Part shown: positions 1-9,193 of the stretch, piece by piece
Layout of the letters: every line of letters starts with the position of its first letter
Numbering within the stretch: the stretch's first letter is position 1
NCBI RefSeq assembly: GCF_013177435.1
Contig: NZ_CP053627.1
Location: 2,640,001 to 2,672,000, forward strand
Source of the DNA: Xylella taiwanensis
Lineage (GTDB): Bacteria; Pseudomonadota; Gammaproteobacteria; Xanthomonadales; Xanthomonadaceae
Direction: 5' to 3'
DNA length: 32,000 nucleotides
Notes under the pieces: generated by a model
What the model was told of the DNA's origin: nothing
Seen by the model: only the letters and a program-made list of their open reading frames with translations
The model's database searches: none
Program-made: the position numbers and the translations under genes

Positions 1-1
1 T

Positions 2-1084
2 AACCCAGAGGTGCGCCACGGATTCGAGGCCGTTGTCACTGCACTGACATGTCTGCAATCCATGCTGGTCCCGCTGCGCACAGCCACACCCGGCTTGGAT
101 GCCTGCGCCGCACGTGCCCAGGAGGGACTGTCCCGACTGTCACGTTGGCTTGGTGAGACTGTGGAAATCACGGCGTCTGAACCACCTACCTCCCCCAACA
201 ACGACGTACTCTGGTATGAACTGACCCCACGTAGCTTTCGCTGTCAGCGCACCCCTCTGGATGTGTCAGCGCAATTGCAGGCACACCGTCAAGCATCAAT
301 GGCCGCCTGGGTGTTCACCTCAGCAACATTGGCAGTGGATGGCACATTCGAACATATCGCACGACGCCTGGGCCTGAGCCACCCCATGACCCTGCTGCAA
401 CCCAGTCCATTCGATTGGGCGCGGCAAGCATTATGCTATCTGCCTCCAGGGTTGCCTAATCCAGCGGCGTGCGGTTTCGGAATTGCTTTGATCACAACAT
501 TAACTCCGGTGTTGGAAGCCTCCGCCGGACGTGCCTTTTTACTGTTCGCCTCACATCGCGCTTTGCGCGAGGCCGCCGCAGCGCTACGTGGCGGGCCGTG
601 GCCGTTGTTCGTGCAGGGAGAGGCTCCGCGCGCCATACTCCTGGACCGCTTCCGGGTCTCCGGCAATGGGATATTGCTCGGTTCAGCAAGCTTCCGCGAA
701 GGCGTGGATGTGGCAGGCGAAGCGTTGAGCGTGGTAGTGATTGACAAGTTACCGTTTACCGCACCGGACGACCCTGTATTCGAAGCGCGGCTGGAAGCCA
801 TTCGCCACGAAGGTGGCAACCCATTCTTCGATGAACAATTGCCGCAGGCGGTCATCGCACTGAAGCAAGGTGTCGGCCGCCTCATTCGTAGCGAGTCCGA
901 CCGCGGCGTGCTGGTGCTATGTGACCCGAGACTGCTGTCCAAAGGCTACGGACGGATATTTCTCGATTCGCTGCCATCGTTTCCGCATACCCGTGACATT
1001 GCTGCGGTACGCGCGTTTTTCAACGGCAGCGATACCGCCCTCACGGAATCACCGCACGACACCTCAACTCCACAGAGCCGATAA
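2..1084 (+). CDS. dinG: ATP-dependent DNA helicase, DinG/YoaA-like, C-terminal portion (5' end upstream of window)
   Basis: The frame is open from the window edge to the stop at 1082-1084. The translation carries the C-terminal helicase lobe typical of DinG/XPD-type helicases (FTSATL, GSASFREGVDVAGEALSVVVIDKLPF, GRLIRSESDRGVLVLCDPRL...YGRIFLDSLP). The Met at 11 in the ORF track is not a real start. Confidence 0.75.
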   Translation, partial: NPEVRHGFEAVVTALTCLQSMLVPLRTATPGLDACAARAQEGLSRLSRWLGETVEITASEPPTSPNNDVLWYELTPRSFRCQRTPLDVSAQLQAHRQASMAAWVFTSATLAVDGTFEHIARRLGLSHPMTLLQPSPFDWARQALCYLPPGLPNPAACGFGIALITTLTPVLEASAGRAFLLFASHRALREAAAALRGGPWPLFVQGEAPRAILLDRFRVSGNGILLGSASFREGVDVAGEALSVVVIDKLPFTAPDDPVFEARLEAIRHEGGNPFFDEQLPQAVIALKQGVGRLIRSESDRGVLVLCDPRLLSKGYGRIFLDSLPSFPHTRDIAAVRAFFNGSDTALTESPHDTSTPQSR

Positions 1085-1092
1085 GCGATACA

Positions 1093-1110
1093 GGGTTGAA
1101 TACTCAACCC
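1093..1110. terminator. Hairpin in the 19-nt gap between convergent genes
   Basis: GGGTTGA-ATAC-TCAACCC forms a 7-bp stem with a 4-nt loop. The 3' arm overlaps the TGA of the minus-strand VanY-like gene. No U-run follows on either strand, so terminator function is uncertain. Confidence 0.3.
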
Positions 1111-1895
1111 GCACGCCAGCGCCAATGCCAAGGCTCATAGACAATCCCATGTGGATTGTTGCGAGGGAAGCTAAGGTGGAAGCCGAATGTCCTCGCGTGT
1201 CTCTGCAACCAAGCAAAAGCGGTAGTACGTTCAAAGCTTTCGTCGACAGGGGGCTCCCCAGGCATGCCAATATCGAGAGCCTCACCACTATGGTGTTCGC
1301 TGAAGCCAGGGGCTGCGTTAACAGTGAGGATCTGTGCCAGCGTTTGCCCTTGTGCAAGCTTGTGCTCAAAAATATCTAATTGATAAGCGTAGCTGCGGTA
1401 GCCGGAGATCGCATCAAGGAGGATACCATCGCGTACAGCGGCTTGGCACATCGTATGCCAAGCACGGGCTGCATTGATGGTGAGGCATAACGGACGTTTG
1501 TAGCGGTCACGGCCAGCATAGGTAAGCGCGGCTGGTTCTGACTCGATTGATAAACCAGTCGTGCGAGCGTATCTATCCGCATTGATGCCAAGCTTTAACA
1601 ACCTGGTTTTCAATTCGCTCAGCGATAGCGGGGGATCGTCCCTGAGCTGTGCACATGGGGACAGGGTGTCAGACTCATTCAGTGTGTCGCCGTTGGCGCT
1701 GGATGCATTCATAAGTAGTGATGCTACTTGCTGCATACCACGAACACCATCACTACCCAGCGAACTTGCTGATACCACAAGAAAAGCAATGGTCAAAGCG
1801 ACGATCAGTGCAATGTCGTACAACAAAGCCTTCCGTTTCCCTGATGGTTTTGGAACATTCTTGTGAGGAAGGCGAGGAGAGATCACCATCAGCAT
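1104..1895 (-). CDS. D-alanyl-D-alanine carboxypeptidase family protein (peptidase M15B, VanY-like) with N-terminal membrane anchor
   Basis: SGYRSYAYQ, FSEHHSGEALDI and EPWHWRW match the metal-ligand and catalytic strings of VanY/M15 peptidases. There is a hydrophobic LLYDIALIVALTIAFLVV segment near the N-terminus. The track ORF begins at a TTG (1991); the first in-frame ATG is 1895 (MLMVISP...). The start is uncertain. Confidence 0.8.
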   Translation of the reverse strand: MLMVISPRLPHKNVPKPSGKRKALLYDIALIVALTIAFLVVSASSLGSDGVRGMQQVASLLMNASSANGDTLNESDTLSPCAQLRDDPPLSLSELKTRLLKLGINADRYARTTGLSIESEPAALTYAGRDRYKRPLCLTINAARAWHTMCQAAVRDGILLDAISGYRSYAYQLDIFEHKLAQGQTLAQILTVNAAPGFSEHHSGEALDIGMPGEPPVDESFERTTAFAWLQRHARTFGFHLSFPRNNPHGIVYEPWHWRWRAG

Positions 1896-2428
1896 GAATC
1901 TAAAGATGCTGCTACCAGTCACTCGATACGGTGTAGCACCTGAACACTGATTCAGGGTGTATTGATACAATATACGCACGCGACAACGCAAACCACCTTC
2001 CTATGCCTTCCACACACCGAGATTGCGACACATCGCACATCCTCTGGGTGTCATCGATCGAGCTCGATGAAAGCGGGTGATGTTGCATCAGAATAGCGTG
2101 CTATTCATGAAACTCATTAGTGCCCGAACGCAGCGCCTATGGTTCTGAACCATAAACGGTTGCAACCAGTCTGGACGTTGCTGGCGATGCCGCCTTAGCG
2201 TCTGGATGTACCATCATTTACGACAGGCAAGGTCGAATGCTGCAATGGTTACCATATGAGACAGACACTGCAATGTCTGTATTTGCATGACGATCACCCA
2301 ACATGATCATCAAATCATCATGTTGTAACGCTTTGTTATCAGAGTCGTTCGCTATGCATGCCAATCCAAGCATGTGTTTATCGATTCATCCTACGGCGGC
2401 TTCGGGGAAGGCTTCTATGGAAAATGCT

Positions 2429-3091
2429 TCAACGCACGACATGGTCAGCCTGGATCCTTGCCAATGCGGCGGCATAGCACGACTGCAGCATGTCGAAGCG
2501 ATCCACGTCGATGCCAAGATCATGCACCAGACCATTGCACAAGCTATAAACCCAGCCGTGTATAGTCAGCGGCTGCGTACGATTCCACGCATCACGCACA
2601 ACGCTAGTCCGGCATACATTCACCACTTGCTCAAGCACATTCAGCTCACACAAACGTGCATGCTGCATCGGAAGTGCACCGACCGCATCCAAGTAGGGAT
2701 TGTGCTTTTCGGCCACGTCGGTGACGTGGCGGATCCAGTTATCGACCAGGCCCAAGCGCGCTTGAGTCAGACTGGCAAGTACACCACCACAACCATAGTG
2801 ACCAACCACTAATATGTGCTTGACCTTGAGTACATCGATTGCGAACTGGATCACCGACAGGCAGTTCAGGTCGGTGTGTACCACCACGTTAGCGATATTG
2901 CGGTGTACAAATACCTCACCTGGCGCCATATCGATAATCTGGTTCGCCGGTACACGCGAATCTGAACAGCCAATCCAGAGATACTCAGGAGACTGTTGCT
3001 TGGACAAACGGGAAAAGAACTCCGGGTCCTCATGGTTAATACGATGAGACCAATTGCGGTTGTTCTGAAGCAGATGGTCAAGTGAATGCAT
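2429..3091 (-). CDS. can: Beta-class carbonic anhydrase
   Basis: The CSDSRVP and HYGCGG zinc-ligand motifs are present, and the N-terminus MHSLDHLLQNNRNW... parallels enterobacterial Can. The ATG at 3091 is preferred over the upstream alternative start at 3109. Confidence 0.9.
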   Translation of the reverse strand: MHSLDHLLQNNRNWSHRINHEDPEFFSRLSKQQSPEYLWIGCSDSRVPANQIIDMAPGEVFVHRNIANVVVHTDLNCLSVIQFAIDVLKVKHILVVGHYGCGGVLASLTQARLGLVDNWIRHVTDVAEKHNPYLDAVGALPMQHARLCELNVLEQVVNVCRTSVVRDAWNRTQPLTIHGWVYSLCNGLVHDLGIDVDRFDMLQSCYAAALARIQADHVVR

Positions 3092-3584
3092 CTTAAGTAT
3101 TGATCCCAAAGGTTTTAAGAGCCGCTAAGAAACATGACGAAAGCTGCCGGACATGAATGATAGTGACTGCCGATAACAACAGGCAAAGGGGATATCTTGG
3201 CATCGACATCTCCTCCTTCAAGACACGTTGTATTGGTCTATCCAAGAACACTTGAAAAATACGTGATTCAGTCACTGAATTCAGGATGCAGCAGCGTCCC
3301 ATTACAACAAAACCAACAGCAGTACAAATACGCTGTTGCAACACTTTTCACGTCTGCTTCTAGTGTCGGAATCTTTTTCATTACAATTGGATACGAAATA
3401 TTCCTGTTGAGCATTGAACCAGTTCCAGTGATTCATCAAAGCAAGCTCAAGCAGCATCCATTCTAGGGGTCATGGCACCGTCAGGCCGTAGGGATGTGAA
3501 AACCTCGAAGAAAACAAACGTTTAATGCCATTTGAGGAAGCCTTCCAGGCACGTGACATCAACCTGTTGAAGAGACGGACACAT

Positions 3585-3668
3585 TGAAGATGCATCCACA
3601 GACGGCCACACCGCGATCGCACTGCGGCAATGCATGCGTGGACACTTTACCGCTGGGATGCATCTTCA
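3585..3668. repeat. 13-bp perfect inverted repeat enclosing 58 nt
   Basis: TGAAGATGCATCC (3585-3597) is the exact reverse complement of GGATGCATCTTCA (3656-3668). The interior contains GCGATCGC and a third ATGCAT. It lies in the spacer between the glycosyltransferase 3' end and the can promoter. Confidence 0.6.
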
Positions 3669-3817
3669 CGTTATGGTGACCATTTTCTCGTCATGTGTTT
3701 TAAACACGCACCGGCTCCACTGGTCCATGCCCCAGCAACACATTCACCACCAAAATACAAGACAAAGTATAAAAAAGGGCAATATATAGGGATATTTGGA
3801 TGAGATCACTTAGAGCG

Positions 3818-4930
3818 TCAAGTCAGTGGTGCGATCGGCTGATTGCGCTCAGAAATCACACGCTCCAATTCCCGGGCAAATTGCGCTGCGATCACTCGCT
3901 TACTGAAACGTGCTTGTACAAAACCCGGCGCCGCTGCCGCCATCGCAGCGCGGCGTTGCGGATCACAGCATGCCAGGATCGCGTGCCGCCACGCATGAAC
4001 ATCCCCGGCCGGCAGCAGCATCCCGGTCGTGCCGTCCTGCAATGTCTCCGAAGCCCCGCCAACGTCACTGACAAGGACAGGCACACCGGATGCCTGTGCC
4101 TCTACGGAGACACGTCCGAACGTCTCCGGCGACAAAGAAGGCATCGCCAGCATCGCCAACGCCTGGAAATAACCTGCCGGATCAGTCACCCAGTCCAACA
4201 TACGCTGCTGCGACGCAAACCGGCTGCCGGCAACGGTGGCTGCTAAGCGCAGCGCGTGCACGCCAGTGCCCAGCCATAAGCAGCGCAAGCACGGTTCCTC
4301 CTGCATGGCCAGCTCCATCGCTTCGGCAAGTACGAACACTCCCTTACCTTCGTGGATCCGTCCGAAGCAACCCACCACGATGGCTTCCTCATCCCAACCC
4401 AGCTCGTGCAGCATTCTCCTACGCAACGTCGGATCCGGACGAAACGCGTCAGTATCCACCGGGTTATACAACACCTGCACCCGTTCTGGCGGCATGCCTT
4501 CAGCCAGATAGTGGCGGTGCGCGTAGTCCGAGACTGCGAAGAACCGATCGGCCAAGCGCGGCACCCAATAGGTTGAGAAACGGTTCATCGGCGGCAAGCG
4601 ATGCCGGAACAGCACCACCGGCAAGCGGTAAAGGCGACCCATCAACAACAAAGGCCAGTATTCTTTACCAAAATCGCCCACCAACACGTCAGGATGGATC
4701 ACACGCAGCGCGCGCTCGATCGCTACGTAGCCACGCCAATCCATGACGTTACGGAACTTGGCAGGGAACAGCCTGATAGGACTATGTTCCAACTGACGTG
4801 CAATCAATCCGTCCGGATGGACCAACGCAGCAATCTCGTGATTGGTCTCAGCCATCGCGCGCGCCAATCCGACGAAATGACTCTCGGCCCCCCCCCCTCC
4901 ACGCGAGGTACCCACGAACAATAGCTTCAT
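3818..4930 (-). CDS. Glycosyltransferase family 4 (GT-B, RfaG/WbuB-like)
   Basis: MKLLFVGTSRGGGGAESHF is a Gly-rich N-terminal loop. The C-terminal half has the EX7E-type motif (SPETFGRVSVEAQASGVPVLVSD). The ATG at 4930 overlaps the stop of the upstream deacetylase gene. Confidence 0.85.
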   Translation of the reverse strand: MKLLFVGTSRGGGGAESHFVGLARAMAETNHEIAALVHPDGLIARQLEHSPIRLFPAKFRNVMDWRGYVAIERALRVIHPDVLVGDFGKEYWPLLLMGRLYRLPVVLFRHRLPPMNRFSTYWVPRLADRFFAVSDYAHRHYLAEGMPPERVQVLYNPVDTDAFRPDPTLRRRMLHELGWDEEAIVVGCFGRIHEGKGVFVLAEAMELAMQEEPCLRCLWLGTGVHALRLAATVAGSRFASQQRMLDWVTDPAGYFQALAMLAMPSLSPETFGRVSVEAQASGVPVLVSDVGGASETLQDGTTGMLLPAGDVHAWRHAILACCDPQRRAAMAAAAPGFVQARFSKRVIAAQFARELERVISERNQPIAPLT

Positions 4931-5730
4931 CCCCGACGATCCTCATAGCCGGTCAATGTACGTAACGCAAACTGAGGGAGCGTGTGACGGTACGACACGG
5001 GCACACGCGGCAATGTCAACAGATGTTGGCCGGGAAATACGCGGCCACGCCGTGTCGTAGTCGCCGCAGCATAGCCCGCATTGCACACTGCATCGACCAC
5101 CGGCGGCGTCAAATCACCGTATGGATAACAGAACTGGGTAACCGGTGCACCGATACACTGCTCCAAATCGTCCCGGCAACCGGCGATCTCCTGGTGCAAT
5201 TGCGCTGCGGTGCAGTCACTGAGACGGGGATGGCTACGTGTATGCGCCCCGACCTCCATCCCAGAGGTATGCCATTGGCGGACCTGTGCGGGACTCATTA
5301 GCGGCTTACGCACTTTAAGCAGTTCCGCATCCCAGGTGTTGAAACGAGCGAGACTGCCGCTGACAACGTAGCAGGTTGCACTGAAACCGTGCTCCTGGAG
5401 CACCGGAAGCGCCGCCTGCAGGTTATCCAGGTAACCATCATCCAAGGTCACCACCATGACCTTGCCTGAGCACTCACCGCGCAGATACGGCATTGCCGCA
5501 GACATCGACAGACAGGTATAGCCCAGGCGCCGCAGCAACCACATCTGGTGCGCGAATGCCGCCGGTGTCACATACAATCCGCGCAGATGTCGCACCTGCT
5601 TCGGTACCCTGGCGATGTTGTGATACATCAGAATCGGGATAGCCATCTGAAATTCCAAGCGTCCATATTCAGTCGCCTGCCCAGGATCCATTCTACCCAA
5701 TGTTTTTCTGGCCTCCCGCACGCTCCTCAT
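4927..5730 (-). CDS. Polysaccharide deacetylase (NodB-homology, CE4 family)
   Basis: NodB motifs are present: VTLDDGY (the TFDDG equivalent), AHTRSHP (H-x-x-x-H) and YPYG. The stop overlaps the glycosyltransferase ATG (ATGA at 4927-4930). Three in-frame ATGs are possible starts (5730, 5691, 5646). Family members usually begin near MAIPILMYH, which favours 5646. Confidence 0.8.
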   Translation of the reverse strand: MRSVREARKTLGRMDPGQATEYGRLEFQMAIPILMYHNIARVPKQVRHLRGLYVTPAAFAHQMWLLRRLGYTCLSMSAAMPYLRGECSGKVMVVTLDDGYLDNLQAALPVLQEHGFSATCYVVSGSLARFNTWDAELLKVRKPLMSPAQVRQWHTSGMEVGAHTRSHPRLSDCTAAQLHQEIAGCRDDLEQCIGAPVTQFCYPYGDLTPPVVDAVCNAGYAAATTTRRGRVFPGQHLLTLPRVPVSYRHTLPQFALRTLTGYEDRRG

Positions 5731-6016
5731 GCGTTACCACACAAGTTTTTAATTCGAAGAATAAACGGACGGGTAAAGAGTGGCTCCTGTAATCTGCCCT
5801 CTGGAATCTCAAAAGCGCAAGACGCAGCCGACTGTTCGTGTTAGCCACGCTGGCTGACGCCGTTGTCTCCTGACCAGCATCAATATCAATACGTCAATGT
5901 AGGCACGTTGCTGCGTCTCGGAGTACAACACGCCTCAAATACAAGCTGACACGATCCGCCGATGAGTTGGCCTGAAATTTGCTTGTTCAGTGCTAATCAG
6001 CATTGGAGTTCATGAT

Positions 6017-6178
6017 ATGCACGACTTACCAGCGACTATCCTCACCCATCTGGAACAGGAAGCAACCGCGCTGTACAAACTGACCGAACGTCTGATGACC
6101 GCGTGTGAAGTGACTTCCACGCCACAAGACGAAACGCAACCCTACTCAAGTATCGAGCCGTGCGAGGCCAATCGCTGA
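6017..6178 (+). CDS. Small hypothetical protein (53 aa), tentative
   Basis: GGAG at 6005-6008 sits 8 nt upstream of the ATG at 6017. Codon choice (ctg, acc, gaa, gcg) resembles the neighbouring genes. The translation is MHDLPATILTHLEQEATALYKLTERLMTACEVTSTPQDETQPYSSIEPCEANR, and I recognise no family. Confidence 0.3.
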   Translation: MHDLPATILTHLEQEATALYKLTERLMTACEVTSTPQDETQPYSSIEPCEANR

Positions 6179-6703
6179 CGTTGAATGTCGCTCTGGTTGA
6201 CCCCTCACGGCGCTGACACCGGCCACTGTGGACCCACGTGCTGCATTGGCACCACCACTATTCTGCTGGCGGATCCCTCCGAGCGCTTGACTCACCCGGC
6301 TCGTCCCCGTTGGTGAAACTGCAATAACAATGCATCCTCCTGTGACGTCCTTGCAACTGGCAGCGGCACACAGGATTCCCAATCACTGTCGCCAGCATCC
6401 CAGATTGGCACACCACGTCGTTCAGCCCTCCCTGTCAGCAGCCATCGCCCGTGAAATCTTTGAGTCAGCGCCATGATCGAACACCGTCTGATGTGGTCGG
6501 TCACCCACACACTGCACTCGGAACACATCAATAACTGCCCCCACCTTTTGCCATTTTTGGTCCCTTACAGCCCTTGATTGACCAGAAAGGTGAGAGAATT
6601 GATGCATCAAGGCATGAATCCTGGCAACGGGCAGATCACACAACATACCCTGATCGCATCCGGATGCTATCCAGATAATCCAATTCACACAGCGCACCGG
6701 CAA
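6146..6703 (-). pseudogene. Possible frameshifted gene relic (three staggered ORFs in successive frames)
   Basis: Minus-strand ORFs 6422-6703, 6292-6531 and 6146-6382 overlap end to end in different frames. This is the pattern a roughly 190-aa gene leaves after two frameshifts. I recognise no family. Confidence 0.2.
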
Positions 6704-7340
6704 TCTTATTTAGGATTTTGTATTGGGAGCGTCTCCAGCAACGTCTGTGAACACCAGCTACAGACTAGCCAGCAATAATGGCCGCTGTATCAGAAATACG
6801 CTGCGAAGGCTGAGACTGGGAAACTACACCATCTTGTTTTCTATGTGCTTTGACTCGAATACCAATTAAATTCATGTGCTCATGGTGTTCGGATCCGTCA
6901 CCACAACCGCAATATCCGCGGAACAATGCCTCAGTTAAGTCCTGTCTTGGCCACCTACTTCAGCACTGACTTCAAGGTGACCATGCCCATACTGATATTC
7001 AAGATTGTCCTGGGGACATGGATCCTCTTTGACGGCAGTGAGCTTTCCCATGTACCTCATCCCTACTAAAAGCTGCTGATTGAGGAATGTATGCGAGGAA
7101 TGCATCACTTTCAAGTGTAGATCTCACTGGGATGTGCAACAACGTACGGAAGGGTCACCAACGTTGATAATCACGCCACAACACCACTCATGCAAAAGTA
7201 GTACGTATGGACGCCCAGAACATCATCGCAGCGCGATGGCACATCGCACCAGAGAATGAGTGAAGGAAAACGGCAGACAACACAACAGTGCTGCGGTGCC
7301 TGCATAACCTCAACACCATTATGAAATAACAACGATCGAC

Positions 7341-7357
7341 CAAGCCTGATAGGCTTG
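7341..7357 (+). promoter_or_regulatory. Leader hairpin overlapping the 5'-most candidate metN start
   Basis: CAAGCCT-GAT-AGGCTTG forms a 7-bp stem followed by ATTCCCTTTCATATC. The TTG at 7355 lies in the 3' arm. Confidence 0.3.
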
Positions 7358-8392
7358 ATTCCCTTTCATATCGCTGCAACCACGGTGATCCAGTTTAAAC
7401 GTCTGTACAAGCACTATGGTGTAGATGGTCGTAAAGTGACCGCGTTACAGCCTCTCGATCTGGATATCCACACCGGAGAGGTATTCGGCATCATCGGTCA
7501 TTCCGGGGCAGGCAAATCAACAATGATCCGCCTGATCAACCGCTTAGAAGAACCCAGCGGCGGACATCTGCTGATCAACGGACAAGACATCACCGCACTG
7601 GATCGTATCGGTTTGCGCGCGCTGCGTCGCGAGATCGGCATGATCTTTCAGCACTTTAATTTACTGTCTTCGTATACCGTCGCTGGCAACGTGGCTTTCC
7701 CGCTAAAACTGCTCGGTATGCCGGATACCGAAAGCAACGCACGCGTGGCTGAACTGTTGACCTGGGTCGGTCTGGAAGCACATAGCCATATTTATCCGGC
7801 ACAGCTATCGGGAGGACAAAAACAGCGGGTCGGCATCGCTCGTGCGCTGGCCACACGCCCGCAGATCCTGCTATGCGACGAAGTCACCAGCGCACTGGAT
7901 CCACACACCACTACAGCCGTGTTACAGCTACTGGCACGGATCAACCGCGAACTCGGTTTGACCATCGTGCTGATCACTCACGAGATGGATGTGATCCGCC
8001 GCATCTGCGACCGCGTCGCCGTGCTTGATGCCGGGCGCTTGGTTGAAACCGGGCTGGTGACTGATGTCTTCCTGCATCCGCAGCACCCAACGACACGCAG
8101 CTTCGTTCTGGAAGCCGAACACATCGACGCAAGCAAGCTGAATGACGATTTTGCCTCAGTCAACGGCCGCATCGTGCGTCTGACCTTCCTCGGAGCTGAC
8201 ACTTACCTGCCACTGTTCGGACGCGTGGCACGAGACACTGGCGTGGACTACAACATCCTGTCAGGCCGTATCGACCGTATTAAAGAAACACCCTACGGTC
8301 AACTGACTGTAGCGCTATCTGGCGGCGACCCGGTCGCTGCACAAGCAGCGTTTGCCGCTGCTGGCATACATATTGAGGAACTACGTACATGA
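7355..8392 (+). CDS. metN: Methionine ABC transporter, ATP-binding protein
   Basis: Walker [13 protein letters not shown] signature LSGGQKQRV, Walker [13 protein letters not shown] and a C-terminal NIL-type domain are present. It is the first gene of a metN-metI-metQ order. The start is either TTG 7355 or GTG 7385 ([12 protein letters not shown]...), and the latter aligns better with MetN N-termini. Confidence 0.9.
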   Translation: MIPFHIAATTVIQFKRLYKHYGVDGRKVTALQPLDLDIHTGEVFGIIGHSGAGKSTMIRLINRLEEPSGGHLLINGQDITALDRIGLRALRREIGMIFQHFNLLSSYTVAGNVAFPLKLLGMPDTESNARVAELLTWVGLEAHSHIYPAQLSGGQKQRVGIARALATRPQILLCDEVTSALDPHTTTAVLQLLARINRELGLTIVLITHEMDVIRRICDRVAVLDAGRLVETGLVTDVFLHPQHPTTRSFVLEAEHIDASKLNDDFASVNGRIVRLTFLGADTYLPLFGRVARDTGVDYNILSGRIDRIKETPYGQLTVALSGGDPVAAQAAFAAAGIHIEELRT

Positions 8393-9096
8393 ATACCGCC
8401 ATGATCTTGGCTTCAATCACTGTTCCTGGCTTTTTCGTCAACTTAGACGCTGATAAGTGGGGAGACATCGGTCGCGCCACACTGGATACATTGCTCATGG
8501 TAGGCGGCGCATTGCCACCAACCTTAGCTATTGGCCTTCCCTTAGGAATAGCACTGTACTTGTGCAATACATCACCACAACACCACCATCCACTGGTGTA
8601 TCGCATGCTGGCGCTATCCGTGAATCTATTGCGCTCGGTGCCCTTTATCATTTTGATGATTGCGATGATCCCCGTGACCCTGTTGATCATGGGGACCTCG
8701 TTGGGCATTCGTGGTGCGATCCTGCCGCTCGTGATCGGTGCAGCACCGTTCTACGCACGCCTCGTCGAAAGCGCGCTGCGCGAGGTTGATCGTGGCGTCG
8801 TCGAAGCTGCCCAAGCGATGGGAGCAACCACGTGGCAACTCGTCTGGCGGGTACTGCTACCGGAAGCACGTCCTGGTTTAATTGCCGGCGCCACGATCAC
8901 CGTAATCACAGTAGTCGGCTTCACCGCAATGGGTGGCGCTATCGGCTCGGGGGGACTGGGTGACGTCGCCTACCGTGAAGGTTATCTGCGCTCGCACACA
9001 GACGTCGCGCTGGTCACTGTGGTTGCGCTACTCATGGTGGTGCAACTGATGCAGATGTTCGGTGATTGGTTGGTTGCGCACTACAGCAGGCGCTGA
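8389..9096 (+). CDS. metI: Methionine ABC transporter permease
   Basis: The ATG overlaps the metN stop (ATGA at 8389-8392). It is a multi-TM permease with the EAA-type loop [25 protein letters not shown]. Confidence 0.9.
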   Translation: MNTAMILASITVPGFFVNLDADKWGDIGRATLDTLLMVGGALPPTLAIGLPLGIALYLCNTSPQHHHPLVYRMLALSVNLLRSVPFIILMIAMIPVTLLIMGTSLGIRGAILPLVIGAAPFYARLVESALREVDRGVVEAAQAMGATTWQLVWRVLLPEARPGLIAGATITVITVVGFTAMGGAIGSGGLGDVAYREGYLRSHTDVALVTVVALLMVVQLMQMFGDWLVAHYSRR

Positions 9097-9193
9097 ACTT
9101 CACTGCACATCGCACATCAAGTATCGCTTACATGCGCTCTGCTACAGTGGAGCGGGCATTTCCAAACATCTTTCATTTAACCGACTCTATGCA

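Noticed and set aside
3266-3280. A 15-bp palindrome, ATTCAGT-C-ACTGAAT, in the can upstream region.
   Set aside because: Arms of 7 bp are expected by chance a few times in 32 kb, and there is no supporting context.
7190-7354. A second SAM riboswitch upstream of metNIQ.
   Set aside because: GGUGCCUGCAUAACC superficially resembles the GGUGC...UCC block, but the GGAGGGA core, the AUCAAGAG junction and a closing helix are missing.
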